Assembly: GCA_963815095.1 (NCBI GenBank)
Contig: CAWFFH010000004.1
Location: 192,001 to 256,000 of the forward strand
Source of the DNA: Candidatus Bathyarchaeota archaeon
GTDB lineage: Archaea > Thermoproteota > Bathyarchaeia > Bathyarchaeales > Bathycorpusculaceae
Length of the DNA: 64,000 nt
Direction: 5' to 3'
The translations under genes were made by a program, and so were the position numbers. The notes below the pieces were generated by a model. It was not told where the DNA came from, did no database searches, and worked only from the letters and a program-made list of their open reading frames with translations. Positions within the stretch are counted from its first letter, which is position 1. Every line of letters begins with the position of its first letter. Shown in pieces: positions 51,590 to 62,010 of the stretch.

Positions 51590-52710
51590 TTCTCTTCCTC
51601 GATTAGGTGGATGTTTCGATGCTCAATAACGTCCTTGGACTTTTCCGAACCAAGTTTTCTGTGCACTTCTGTTACCTGCAAGCCTTTAATTAGGTTTAAC
51701 TCGCCGCTGCTAAAGTTTGGGTTACCCTTGGCAAACGCTACGCCAGTTTCGTCGATGATGCTTACGACGTCGCCGACGTTGAAGCTGCCAACTACCCGTA
51801 ACATGCCAACGGGGAGCAAGCTGGAACCATCAAGAATAGCTTTTTTTGCGCCTTCATTAACATGGATTTGTCCCTTTACCGCTGCACCGTAAGCTATCCA
51901 GCGTTTCACAGCGGGCATTCGGCTTTGAGGCTTAAAGTAAGTTCCAATATCTTTCCCAGCGAGAATATCCAAAATTACGTTTGCTTTTCGGCTGTTGGCT
52001 ATGACTACGGGGATGCCGCAGGAAGTCGCGATTTCGGCTGCCTTGATTTTGCTTTGGATTCCCCCCCGACCCAATTTACTTTTACCGTTAAGGGAGTTTT
52101 TCAGTTCAGCGGTGATGGCATCGACTGTTTTGATAAGTTCGGCTCCTGGTTGCGAGGGATCCGCTGTATATAATCCTTCAACGTCGGAGAGAATAATCAC
52201 TAAATCTGCGCACACGGCTCCAGCAACAAGAACTGAGAGTATGTCGTTGTCGCTAAAGTTTACTTTGTAGCCTTCTGTACGCATGAGTTCATCTACGGAG
52301 ACTACGTCGTTTTCGTTTATTATTGGGATAACCCCGATTTTGAGAAGTAAAGCCAGCACATCGCATGTGTGAACGTAGGATGCCCTGTTAGAGAGGTCCT
52401 CAGCAGTCAGCAAAATTTGAGCAACTTTCAAACCAAATTTCTTGAAAAGCTCCCGATACTTTGCCATTAAAACGCTCTGACCTGTGGCCGCTGCTGCTTG
52501 CTGGAAAGCTACATCTTTGGGTTTAGGGGGAATTTCAAGTTCTGCGATGCCCGCTGCAACTGCTCCTGAGGTTACGAGTACTATTTTGTCTCCTTGTTTG
52601 GTGGCGCCGGCTATTTGGCTGGCTAAGTTTTCCATTTCTTTTTCATCCAGCTTTCCCTCGCTGGTTATGCCGTTGGTGCCGACTTTAACAACGATTAATC
52701 TTGAAGGCAT
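51586..52710 (-). CDS. proB: glutamate 5-kinase with PUA domain
   Basis: VVKVGT, VTSGAV, INEND, FSDND.LS, GRGG..SK..AA. Confidence 0.97.
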   Translation of the reverse strand: MPSRLIVVKVGTNGITSEGKLDEKEMENLASQIAGATKQGDKIVLVTSGAVAAGIAELEIPPKPKDVAFQQAAAATGQSVLMAKYRELFKKFGLKVAQILLTAEDLSNRASYVHTCDVLALLLKIGVIPIINENDVVSVDELMRTEGYKVNFSDNDILSVLVAGAVCADLVIILSDVEGLYTADPSQPGAELIKTVDAITAELKNSLNGKSKLGRGGIQSKIKAAEIATSCGIPVVIANSRKANVILDILAGKDIGTYFKPQSRMPAVKRWIAYGAAVKGQIHVNEGAKKAILDGSSLLPVGMLRVVGSFNVGDVVSIIDETGVAFAKGNPNFSSGELNLIKGLQVTEVHRKLGSEKSKDVIEHRNIHLIEEEK

Positions 52711-52883
52711 CGGTCAATCACTTTTAGTTAGACTTATTTGAAATAGGGTTGACTTGCTTAAAAATGCAACCAAACACAGAAACAGAAAATTTGTTTTATT
52801 GATTTAAAATTCATATTTTTGATGTGTAACCACTAAATTTTTTTGGAAAAATATATAAGGAATATGGACATGGCGTATGAAAC

Positions 52884-55091
52884 ATGTTCATACCCTTACA
52901 AGCATTAGCTTCATTATCGGTTAATCCGGTTGTCTTTTGGATTGCACCAATCGCTGGCGTCATCGCTGTCATTGCTTCGCTTTTACTCATGTACCGAATA
53001 GGCAAAATGAGTCCAGGCGGACCAAAAACAGTGGAAGTTGGCAACGCAATCAGGGAAGGCGCCTACGCTTTCCTCAAAAGACAATACAAAACAATTGCCA
53101 TAATTACAGTAGTTATTTTCGCTCTACTGTGGGTCGCTTTGCCAAGCGGTCCTTACGGTGTAGGCACCGCAGCGGCATTTTTGGTAGGCGCAGTTGCCTC
53201 CTTAGCTGCAGGCTACATCGCCATGGATAATGCGACAAAAGCAAACGTTCGCACCGTGGCGGCGGCAAAAGATTTCGGCGCAGAAAAAGCGCTGAAAACA
53301 GCGTTTTACGGCGGTGCCACAATGGGAATGGCGGTCGTCGGATTATCCTTGTTGGGTGTAAGTTTTCTCTTCTTGCTCTACGGCGGTTACAATGCATTGT
53401 TTAACACATTGGATGTCACTGCCGCAGCTCAACTTGGAAGAGATGCAGCAAGCGGTATAGTCGGTATGGGTTTTGGAGCCTCACTTATCGCGCTCTTTGC
53501 GCAGCTTGGAGGCGGAATCTACACTAAAGCCGCAGACGTTGGTGCAGACCTCGTCGGCAAAGTGGAAGCAGGCATTCCAGAAGATGACCCACGCAACCCT
53601 GCTGTCATAGCAGACAACGTTGGAGACAACGTAGGTGACTCAGCTGGGAGAGGCGCAGACCTCTTTGAATCAGCCACTGGGGAAAACATTGGTGGCATGA
53701 TTATCGGTGGCTTAATTAGCATCGCCACAGGCAACCTGATCTTCTTGATTTTCCCACTGATTGCCCGTGCTCTCGGAATCTTCGCTACTTTAGTCGGAAT
53801 GCCCTTTGTAAAACTTAATGCATCCGAAGCCAAACACCCAATGAAAGCGCTAAGAAAAGGCCTAATGGTTACAACAATAGTTTCAGGCATATTATTCCTG
53901 TTTGCAACAATATTTCTCTTAGGCAACGGCGAATGGTCCATGACGTTCCTATACCTGTACTTCGCCCTGCTCTCAGGTTTAGGAGCAAGCGTAGCCATCG
54001 ATTACATTACTGACTACTATACTGGCAGCGATAGGGGACCAGTCGGCAGAATCGCTAAAGCAAGCGAAACAGGGGCAGCCACCAACATCATCACAGGCTT
54101 CGCAGTAGGACTCGAAACAACTTTGTTGCCTATAGTTTCGCTCGTAATTGCCCTGATAGTTTCGTATTTCTTTGGAACACAATTCGCAACATCTTGGAAC
54201 GCCACACATACGGCACAAATAGCACCATTCATCGGTGGAATATACGGAACCACCCTTGCAACCATGGGTATGCTCGCAGTCATGGGTATGGTCTTAGCCT
54301 TAGACGGCTTCGGTCCAATCGCAGACAACGCGGCAGGTATAGCCGAAATGTCGGGTGAAGGCGGAGCAGAAGAAACCATGGAGGCACTAGACGCAGTCGG
54401 CAACACTACAAAAGCCTTAACCAAAGGATTCGCACTCGGCTCGGCTTTACTTGCGGCACAGTTGCTATTCCAAACGTACGCTTCAGAAGTTACAGCACGA
54501 ACAGGCGTACCTTTTGTCGTGGACATCTCTAACCCAGCCGTACTGATCGCCGGCTTCTTGGGTGCAATGTTGCCATTCTTCTTCAGCTCACAAGCCATCA
54601 GCGCAGTAGGAAAAGCAGCAGCAGAAATGGTCGAAGAAGTCAGACGTCAATTTAGAGAAATCCCCGGTATCATGGACGGAACAGGCAAACCTGACTATGG
54701 TAAAGCAGTTGACATCAGCACAAAATCTGCACTAAAAGGCATGGTCCTTCCAGGGCTAATCCTAGTGATTTTCCCAATCATAGTCGGTATCCTGTTAGGT
54801 CCAGAAGCAGTAGGAGCATTCGTAATCGGCGCTACACTCTCAGCAGTTCCATTGGCACTATTCATGAACACTGGTGGAGGAGCATGGGACAACGCAAAGA
54901 AATTCATCGAATCAGGTCACTATGGTGGCAAAGGTTCCCCAGCACACGCAGCAGCAGTAGTCGGCGACACAGTTGGAGACCCACTAAAAGACACAGCAGG
55001 ACCAAGCCTACACGTACTCATAAAACTGCTCAGCACACTGTCAATCGTCTTCATCCCACTGTTCTACAATCTGCTACAGCTGATCCACTAA
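52884..55091 (+). CDS. hppA: membrane-bound H+-translocating pyrophosphatase (K+-independent type)
   Basis: DVGADLVGKVE, DNVGDNVGD, GDTVGDPLKD; GNTTKA carries Lys at the K+-determining position. Confidence 0.95.
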   Translation: MFIPLQALASLSVNPVVFWIAPIAGVIAVIASLLLMYRIGKMSPGGPKTVEVGNAIREGAYAFLKRQYKTIAIITVVIFALLWVALPSGPYGVGTAAAFLVGAVASLAAGYIAMDNATKANVRTVAAAKDFGAEKALKTAFYGGATMGMAVVGLSLLGVSFLFLLYGGYNALFNTLDVTAAAQLGRDAASGIVGMGFGASLIALFAQLGGGIYTKAADVGADLVGKVEAGIPEDDPRNPAVIADNVGDNVGDSAGRGADLFESATGENIGGMIIGGLISIATGNLIFLIFPLIARALGIFATLVGMPFVKLNASEAKHPMKALRKGLMVTTIVSGILFLFATIFLLGNGEWSMTFLYLYFALLSGLGASVAIDYITDYYTGSDRGPVGRIAKASETGAATNIITGFAVGLETTLLPIVSLVIALIVSYFFGTQFATSWNATHTAQIAPFIGGIYGTTLATMGMLAVMGMVLALDGFGPIADNAAGIAEMSGEGGAEETMEALDAVGNTTKALTKGFALGSALLAAQLLFQTYASEVTARTGVPFVVDISNPAVLIAGFLGAMLPFFFSSQAISAVGKAAAEMVEEVRRQFREIPGIMDGTGKPDYGKAVDISTKSALKGMVLPGLILVIFPIIVGILLGPEAVGAFVIGATLSAVPLALFMNTGGGAWDNAKKFIESGHYGGKGSPAHAAAVVGDTVGDPLKDTAGPSLHVLIKLLSTLSIVFIPLFYNLLQLIH

Positions 55092-55186
55092 AACATAAAA
55101 AACGGGAAGTTTTTTCTTCTTCCCAAAAAATTTTTATTTTTAAAAGGTAACTTGTTATCTGTTTTTTCTTTATGATAGTTGGCTAG

Positions 55187-55522
55187 TCAAGGTTGCTTTA
55201 TAGGCGCGCTTTCAGTCATTTCATCCACGAAGGATTCTTTTCGGATAATCTGCGCCATTTCTTTGCCTAAATCTGTTAAGGTAAACACTTCGTAGCGGTT
55301 TCGTCCATCTCGGGTAATTTTAGTTTCTGCACGGAAAAGTTTGGCATCAGTCAACATCTCGCAGTTTCTTATATCAATGGAGGGAACAGGAGTGCCTAAG
55401 CTCATATCCAGATAGCTGAGATATTGGTCTTGGTTGTCTAAAGCTGCTAAAAGATACTTTTTAAAGACATTTGTCTGTTCTTGGATGTATTTGCACATAT
55501 AATCTTCAAATTTTTGAGTCAT
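55187..55522 (-). CDS. hypothetical protein (wHTH-like C-terminus)
   Basis: AGGTGA RBS; F.LTDLGKEMA. Confidence 0.65.
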   Translation of the reverse strand: MTQKFEDYMCKYIQEQTNVFKKYLLAALDNQDQYLSYLDMSLGTPVPSIDIRNCEMLTDAKLFRAETKITRDGRNRYEVFTLTDLGKEMAQIIRKESFVDEMTESAPIKQP

Positions 55523-55682
55523 AAAATTTCACCTAAAAATTAGTTATATAAATTTAGTAAGTGATAGGATTTAACTTTTCCTACCTGGTTTTGTTAGGTA
55601 AATTGAGATAACTCGTTGGTTCTTCCGCAGTATATTTTTACTTCGCTATGCATTCACCTAAGCTAACTGAGATGGCACCCGC

Positions 55683-56771
55683 TTGAAAATTATCGAAAAA
55701 AATCTTGCGCAAGGCTTCGTTAAAGTGGTTCCAGATTCGCCAGATGACCTATGGCACTTATACAACGTTATATACAAGGGTGACGAAGTTTATGCTTACA
55801 GTTCCAGAGCCATAAAAAACGACACCGAAACCTCTCGTCCAAAAAGTGCAGAGCGGGTTTCTGCATTTATGGGTGTAAAGGTTGAGTCGGTTGGTTGGGA
55901 CAAGTTCTTGGGGAAGTTGCGGGTTCACGGTTTGATTTGTCATGCTCCAGACATTATACCCACAGGTGCACACCATACTCTTAGCATTGCTTTGAATCAG
56001 CCTATGACGATTGTAAAGAAGGAATGGCCCAAGCATCTCTTAGATAGATTAACTAAGGCAAGTGCAACTGAAAAACCTATACTAATCCTATCCATAGACG
56101 ACGAAGGCTTCGCTGTAGCGGAAACCAAACAGTATGGCGTAGAAACCCGTGTTGAACAACGCATGAGGCTTCCCGGAAAAGTTGAGGCAGAGAAGCGGGT
56201 GGAAGCAACGAAAGCGTATTTCAAACTTGCACTAACTAGTTTGAACAATTTGTGGGCTCAAAACCACAATCCTATTGTTATCATCGGTGCTGGCTACGTT
56301 AAAACTGATTTCGTAAAATATCTCAATGAGGAATCAAAGGAAATGTCTCGAGCGGTGGTTGATGTAAAAAGTGTTAACAATGGAGGGACCGCAGGGGTCG
56401 ATGAGGCATTGCGGTCGGGTGTTTTGTTGAAGGCAGCACATCAACTTCGAGTTGTAGATGAAACGGAAACGATGGAAGAAGTTATGAAACGCTTGGGCAA
56501 GGGCGAAGGCAAAGTGACATATGGTCTCATTGAGGTCGAGAACGCGATTATGATAGGTGCAGTCGAGAAGTTGGTGGTTGCAGACACAACGCTTCGCGAT
56601 GCAGACGAGACACAGCGGCTTAAACTTGAAGACCTAATGCATCAGGTCGAAAAGCGCAATGCACCCATAACTGTGGTCAGTACAGAGCATGAAGCAGGCG
56701 CCAAATTATTATCGCTAGGTGGAATCGTTGCACTTCTAAGGTTTCCTCTATATAGAGACACTCCAGCGTAA
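55683..56771 (+). CDS. pelA: pelota/Dom34 ribosome rescue factor
   Basis: P...DDLWHLYNVI, LRVHG, G.HHT, HEAG.KL..LGGIVALLRF. Confidence 0.95.
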   Translation: MKIIEKNLAQGFVKVVPDSPDDLWHLYNVIYKGDEVYAYSSRAIKNDTETSRPKSAERVSAFMGVKVESVGWDKFLGKLRVHGLICHAPDIIPTGAHHTLSIALNQPMTIVKKEWPKHLLDRLTKASATEKPILILSIDDEGFAVAETKQYGVETRVEQRMRLPGKVEAEKRVEATKAYFKLALTSLNNLWAQNHNPIVIIGAGYVKTDFVKYLNEESKEMSRAVVDVKSVNNGGTAGVDEALRSGVLLKAAHQLRVVDETETMEEVMKRLGKGEGKVTYGLIEVENAIMIGAVEKLVVADTTLRDADETQRLKLEDLMHQVEKRNAPITVVSTEHEAGAKLLSLGGIVALLRFPLYRDTPA

Positions 56772-56898
56772 AAAGTTGTTAGAAATAAAAAAAATTCAAA
56801 TTCCATTTCTAATAACCTTATAAGCTAGCCGTTTATAGCCCTTTAAATAGATGCTTTATATACCCCATTTTCTATTTAAATACTCAACCGTGAGTGAC

Positions 56899-57468
56899 AT
56901 GAGTAAAAGAAAACCAATCATTAACATCCAAAACATAGTGGCCTCAGTCTCACTTAACCAGAAAATCGATTTACAAAAAATCGTCGAAAAATTCCCCCAA
57001 ACCGAGTACAACCCAAGTGTCTTCCCAGGTCTTGTTTTCCGATTAAAAAAACCGAAAACAGCAACTCTCATTTTCGGCACAGGCAAAATGGTTTGCACAG
57101 GTGCCAAATCTGAAAAGGAATCTCGCAGTGCAGTGGAAAAAGTTGTCAAGGAACTTCGCGCCGAAGGCATCCAAATTACCGAGAAACCAATTGTAAATAT
57201 CCAAAACATTGTTGCCTCAGCAGAACTTGGTGGAGAAATCGACTTAGAAAGTCTCGTTTACAAACTCAGCAAGGTCATGTACGAACCAGAACAGTTTCCA
57301 GGTGCAGTTTACCGAATGGATGAACCTAAGGTAGTGTTCTTAATTTTCAGTGCAGGAAAACTCGTATGTGTCGGCGCCAAAAAAGAGGAACAAGTTTACG
57401 AAGCAGTAGACAAAATCCAAGCGCTGTTAGAAGAAAAAGAACTCATCTATTACCCTGCTCCTCCATAA
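56899..57468 (+). CDS. tbp: TATA-binding protein
   Basis: Two repeats NIQNIVAS...YNP..FPGLVFR / YEPEQFPG..YR...LIF..GK.VC.GAK. Confidence 0.97.
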   Translation: MSKRKPIINIQNIVASVSLNQKIDLQKIVEKFPQTEYNPSVFPGLVFRLKKPKTATLIFGTGKMVCTGAKSEKESRSAVEKVVKELRAEGIQITEKPIVNIQNIVASAELGGEIDLESLVYKLSKVMYEPEQFPGAVYRMDEPKVVFLIFSAGKLVCVGAKKEEQVYEAVDKIQALLEEKELIYYPAPP

Positions 57469-57608
57469 ATTCTTCGCAGACTAAGCTCTGCATAAAAATT
57501 TTTTTCATTTTAACTACAAACTTGTTAGGTGTTCCTCTGGTGGAACAGCGTGTTCCATGAGTAGAACTAAATATCTTATTTTGCATTAACCAGAATGGTT
57601 GATGCAAC

Positions 57609-58514
57609 ATGAACTACGTCCAAAAAACTGTTGTTTTTACAATTGCATTTTTGACTTTAGCCTTATGTTTTGGTCAATTATCAGAAATAAAATGTGATTT
57701 AGCGACACCAGCATCTCCTGACATAATTCAGAAAGCCTACACCTGCTTAACTACCGTTTACAATTTAGACTTCAACCACTACACTGTTACACTTGGCGAA
57801 AACTATACATTGCCTTCAGGGCCAAATGACACATCCGTTTGTCAAGGCGTCGATTATTTACTCGACGCCCCAGATAGCAAATTGACAGCGGTATTCGTTT
57901 TCCAAGATGGATTCCTATATCAGTTTGCACTAAGACCCATTAATGGCCCTATAATTGCATCTAGACAATATCCAAATATGACGGCCGCAGCAAACGATTT
58001 CCTCACCCGTTACCAAACTATAAGTGACGTAGATTTGACGCCCCTAATTCGCCTCTTGTACACACTAAACCAAGGCAATACCACATCAGCTACCGCAGGT
58101 AACCTTAAATTAAACATGGATAACGGTACGATTTTTCCCGGTCATTATGCTACAACTTTCACTTGGAGGTACGCATCTGACGATGCCTGCGTCAATTTAA
58201 TTTTTGACAATGGTGCATTTTACACGTTTATGGATGCCCCCAAATTTACGAGCCAAGATAGCGTTCAAGCCATTGCCGATTTAGCCGAATTACCAACCGC
58301 TTCACCTTCGCCGGTAAATTCGCCCTCGTTAACTCCAAGCCTTACCCCGTTTTCATCAACTGTGAAGTCTCAGCAAAATCAAAATACCCAATTAGACCCA
58401 AAAACGCCAACAGAAAACAGCACAGAATACATGATTGTATTTGCGCTCTTAATAGTCATCGCTGTCTGTGTCACTGTTATACTATTCATGAAGAAAAGGG
58501 CGGATCGTCTTTAG
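57609..58514 (+). CDS. secreted protein with Ser/Pro/Thr linker and C-terminal TM anchor
   Basis: Signal peptide, PTASPSP linker, TM helix followed by KKR. Confidence 0.75.
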   Translation: MNYVQKTVVFTIAFLTLALCFGQLSEIKCDLATPASPDIIQKAYTCLTTVYNLDFNHYTVTLGENYTLPSGPNDTSVCQGVDYLLDAPDSKLTAVFVFQDGFLYQFALRPINGPIIASRQYPNMTAAANDFLTRYQTISDVDLTPLIRLLYTLNQGNTTSATAGNLKLNMDNGTIFPGHYATTFTWRYASDDACVNLIFDNGAFYTFMDAPKFTSQDSVQAIADLAELPTASPSPVNSPSLTPSLTPFSSTVKSQQNQNTQLDPKTPTENSTEYMIVFALLIVIAVCVTVILFMKKRADRL

Positions 58515-59215
58515 GTTTTCATTCTTCGCCTAACCGCAGGATTTAGTTCCGAGACTCTTTTTAAGGCCAACTCAAACGTCTCGTCCTGCATCAATTCCTT
58601 TTTAACAAATACTCCTGTTCTCCCGACAGTATCCCGCTTCATCAAAGCATGAACCCTATCCAAAACCGTCTCAGCTGCAACTCCCAAAATTTTGGCTGCA
58701 GACTCTTCTCTTCCGATGACGCCGCTCTCAACGTGCCCAATCTCCGTAGGTTCAATAAGCATAAGTCGTTTATCCACGCCCACAACTCTCACATTCGCTT
58801 TAAGCTGGTTCAGATTGACTTCTCCGCCGAAACGATAAAATTCCCGCTCAACACGGCGCATCTCCATAAGCGGAAAAGAAACCGTTGTTTCCTCATCAAT
58901 TTCGATGTGGGCTTTCATGGCGTAAGATGGTGTTGCTTGGACGATAAACCTTGAATTGATTGGGATTTTGGCTTTTTCAAGAGCGGCTTCAACCAAGAAA
59001 CTGTTCTGCACCTCAGGAATGAAAACGTCAATGTCGCTGCCTTGTTTTACATCGCCTCTTGCTATGCTCCCATGCGTAAGCGACTGTAGATGAAACGCTT
59101 CTAACGCCGACATGACCCAAACCGCTTTTCCCCTAAGAACCTTTAGCTTCTCCCAGCGTGCACTGGAATATGTTACTTCTTTGTATTCTCCATGTCGTGT
59201 GGGTTTAACAGCCAT
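58511..59215 (-). CDS. archaeal Pol-beta-like nucleotidyltransferase (COG2413-like)
   Basis: HGSIARGDV...SDIDVFI, QATP, EFY.FGG, GVDKRL, G.TGVF. Confidence 0.85.
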   Translation of the reverse strand: MAVKPTRHGEYKEVTYSSARWEKLKVLRGKAVWVMSALEAFHLQSLTHGSIARGDVKQGSDIDVFIPEVQNSFLVEAALEKAKIPINSRFIVQATPSYAMKAHIEIDEETTVSFPLMEMRRVEREFYRFGGEVNLNQLKANVRVVGVDKRLMLIEPTEIGHVESGVIGREESAAKILGVAAETVLDRVHALMKRDTVGRTGVFVKKELMQDETFELALKRVSELNPAVRRRMKT

Positions 59216-59503
59216 TTTTACGCGCCAAATCAAAATTGATTAATAGAAATAAATAATAAAGCAAAATAATGTTTGAATTGTTGGTAAACATTATTTTTCT
59301 GTTGGATCTGTTTTTTCTTTGACCTACATAATCCTCATAATGCTTACTTGCGTGTTTCAATAATAAATATTATTTGTTACTTCCAATCACTAGGGAATAT
59401 GAACTTGTTTACTAAGCTGAGGTTAAATTATTTGATGTAAGACAAAAATTCATTATTTGAAATTCATAAAACCTATAATAGACTTCAAACGAAAAGATAG
59501 ACA

Positions 59504-59578
59504 AAGAGTTGCAGTCATGAAACCTTCCCCTTCTCCATTAAGGTTCATCCCAACTTTTATCCCGAGACTGCAACTCTT
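59504..59578. repeat. 13-bp perfect inverted repeat enclosing an inner stem
   Basis: AAGAGTTGCAGTC (59504-59516) / GACTGCAACTCTT (59566-59578). Confidence 0.7.
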
Positions 59579-59754
59579 AAACTAATTACTCGATGAATCG
59601 TCTTAAGATCAAATTGTTAATTTATAGCGTGTTTTTACGGAGAATTGCTTTAAGGAAAATTCAATATTTCATTAACAAAAAGAATGTTTCGTTGATAATG
59701 TTCATGGGAGAAGACATAATTAGTTTAATATCCAATCAAAAGAGAGGAAACCCG

Positions 59755-60693
59755 ATGGATACACTTGTTTGCAGCGCTTGTAAGAGCAAAGAAGCCTTTT
59801 TTTTCAGGCAATACTCAGGTGAGCGGCTATGCAAAAAATGCTTCACCGAATCCATCGAGACAAAAGTCCGCTCAACCATAACTCGTTACCATATGCTTAA
59901 ATTCGATGACAATTTGGCGGTAGCGGTTTCAGGTGGCAAAGACAGCCTCAGCATACTGCACATACTTGCAAAACTGAAGAAGTCCAGACCAAAAACCCAC
60001 CTAACCGCAGTCACTGTAGATGAAGGCATCAAAGGCTACCGCGACGAAGCTTTAGAAATCGCCGCATCAAACTGCCAAAAACTCGAAATCCCACACCACA
60101 TCGTTTCATTCAAAGAACTTTACGGTTTTACACTTGACGAAATGATTTCTAGGGCACGCGAAAGGGGGAAGACAGAGTTAACTGCATGTGCTTACTGTGG
60201 AGTGTTACGGCGTAAGGCCATTAATGCTGGTGCGCGACAGGTTAAAGCCACCAAAGTCGCCACCGGGCATACTCTCGACGACGAGGTGCAGACAGTTCTG
60301 ATGAACATTTTCCATGGCGACATCGCAAGATTAGCAAAAGAAAAACCCGTCACCAGTGAAGTCCATCCATTATTCGTCCAGAAAATTAAGCCCTTCTGCG
60401 AAATTCCCGAAAAAGAAAGCGCACTTTATGCTTACGTTAAAAAAATCAAGTTCCAAGACACACCTTGCCCATATGCTTCCGAAGCCCTTCGCAATGATAT
60501 CAGAGGGATGCTTAACCGAATGGAAGAAAAGCATGCTGGAACCAAATTCACAGTTTCCAAAGCCATTGAACGTTTACGTCCTGCTCTTGAAGAAACCGCT
60601 CGAAAAGAAGATTTCAAAACTTGTACTGAATGTGGAGAACCGTCGGCGTTGGATTTGTGTAAAGCTTGCGAATTGCTCAGGCACGTTCGTTAG
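59755..60693 (+). CDS. tRNA 2-thiolation protein (TtuA/Ncs6/Ctu1, TIGR00269)
   Basis: CxxC...CxxC, SGGKDS PP-loop, CAYCGVLRR, TGHTLDD, CPY and C-terminal Zn finger. Confidence 0.92.
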   Translation: MDTLVCSACKSKEAFFFRQYSGERLCKKCFTESIETKVRSTITRYHMLKFDDNLAVAVSGGKDSLSILHILAKLKKSRPKTHLTAVTVDEGIKGYRDEALEIAASNCQKLEIPHHIVSFKELYGFTLDEMISRARERGKTELTACAYCGVLRRKAINAGARQVKATKVATGHTLDDEVQTVLMNIFHGDIARLAKEKPVTSEVHPLFVQKIKPFCEIPEKESALYAYVKKIKFQDTPCPYASEALRNDIRGMLNRMEEKHAGTKFTVSKAIERLRPALEETARKEDFKTCTECGEPSALDLCKACELLRHVR

Positions 60694-60895
60694 CTCTATG
60701 GTTTTGTTTTTGTTGTCCCTTCAGTTTGCGTAGCATCTCTGAAGCTTCAGAGGCTGTGTTGGCAGCTGTAACTCTTTGGGCTTTCTGAAGATTTATTTGG
60801 GTTCCACAATAAGGGCAAACCTTCGTCTTTTGAGCTTTACCGGTTAAGGTTAAGCCTCCGCATTTTGTGCATTTTATGATGAGTGTTGCGCCCAT
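60677..60895 (-). CDS. DUF1922-like zinc-ribbon protein
   Basis: CTKCG...KTKVCPYCG. Confidence 0.8.
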   Translation of the reverse strand: MGATLIIKCTKCGGLTLTGKAQKTKVCPYCGTQINLQKAQRVTAANTASEASEMLRKLKGQQKQNHRANERA

Positions 60896-60965
60896 TTTAG
60901 GTTGCTTCCGAAAGCCTTTTCATCATACAGCTTCATTAATAGTTTGTTAGGGAAAAGCGAGCATT

Positions 60966-61328
60966 ATGAGCGTTGATGGTGAACAGTTTAAGTCCAGGTC
61001 CCAATTGACCGATTTAGCAGTTGTCTATTTCAAGAAGGAAGGTTACAAGGTCAACAGCGAAAACGTCAAGATAGAAGGCCACAGCGGCGTAGCGCGTCAT
61101 TTTGATTTGATAGTTCAGAAAGGACGTTTGGAGCAAGGCGTTTGGGTCCGCGATTGGAACCGAACCATCGGCGTCAACGTCATCATCAACTTGGACACAT
61201 CCTCCGAAGACGTAGATTTAGCTAGTCCTATTATGATTGGCGAAAAATTCAGCGACCACGCCAAATCCTACAGCAACCGACGCAAAATCACATTGCTAAC
61301 AAAACAAAAAATCGGCAGCTTCCGCTAA
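60966..61328 (+). CDS. Mrr-like restriction-endonuclease-fold protein (degenerate active site)
   Basis: YF...GY.V...G.SG....FDLIV...G..FS..AK.Y.....I.L. Confidence 0.65.
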   Translation: MSVDGEQFKSRSQLTDLAVVYFKKEGYKVNSENVKIEGHSGVARHFDLIVQKGRLEQGVWVRDWNRTIGVNVIINLDTSSEDVDLASPIMIGEKFSDHAKSYSNRRKITLLTKQKIGSFR

Positions 61329-61329
61329 C

Positions 61330-61911
61330 TTAAGTCTTCAAGTACTCGTCGAGAATGCCTTCCTGCTCAAGCAACCCAAGCCAATCCACTATTCCAATGT
61401 AACATTGTTTGCGTTTCTCCAAAACATCGAGGATTTCCCTCACGTTTTCATCCACAGTTTTTCCTGTTATATCTAATTCACAGACTTTTCCTCTCTGTGT
61501 CTGTATAGCTTCGATGAGGCAGCTGTCAATGATTTCTGCGGATAGGTTTTCGTAGAGTTTGGCATCACTGAAATCGCTTTTCTGCATAAACACTTTGAGT
61601 TCTTTGGGGTTACGACGTAAAACAAAGACATTGGATACAAGTTTTGTTGGTGTGACTGCGGCTGCATAGTGTCCGTCGACGATAATGTTGGCGTTAGCTG
61701 AAGATTCGATAGTTTCTTGGAGTCTTTGCTGCATGGCTTCTTCGTCGATTATGGTGGTTTGGCGTTCAGCATCTTCGCCTAAAGTTAGGTGGTTGGTTTT
61801 AGCGAAGTCTGTGAGGTTGATGTATTCGGCTTGGAGTTTGGTCGCAAGTTGTTTTGCAGTGGTTGTTTTGCCGACGCAGGGAGTTCCCGTAATTAGGATG
61901 ACACGGTTCAT
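61330..61911 (-). CDS. AK6/Fap7-type adenylate kinase
   Basis: ITGTPCVGKTT, VDGH, VFVLR, EN..AEI.D.C. Confidence 0.9.
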   Translation of the reverse strand: MNRVILITGTPCVGKTTTAKQLATKLQAEYINLTDFAKTNHLTLGEDAERQTTIIDEEAMQQRLQETIESSANANIIVDGHYAAAVTPTKLVSNVFVLRRNPKELKVFMQKSDFSDAKLYENLSAEIIDSCLIEAIQTQRGKVCELDITGKTVDENVREILDVLEKRKQCYIGIVDWLGLLEQEGILDEYLKT

Positions 61912-62010
61912 AGGCTAATGTTTGCTGTGCGTATAGTTATTGGTTTTGGGTTTTTTGTTGGTTAAGTTGCCTATAAACAAATATATTCCAAACCTCAAAC
62001 AGAGTTATAT

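Noticed and set aside
52937-55150. Long alternative-frame and antisense ORFs within hppA (similar ones in proA/proB and the CheB/CheR gene)
   Set aside because: Shadow ORFs caused by codon bias of a well-supported gene; no motifs or RBS
60966-61328. Active restriction/defence nuclease
   Set aside because: The (D/E)xK motif is replaced and the gene sits among housekeeping genes
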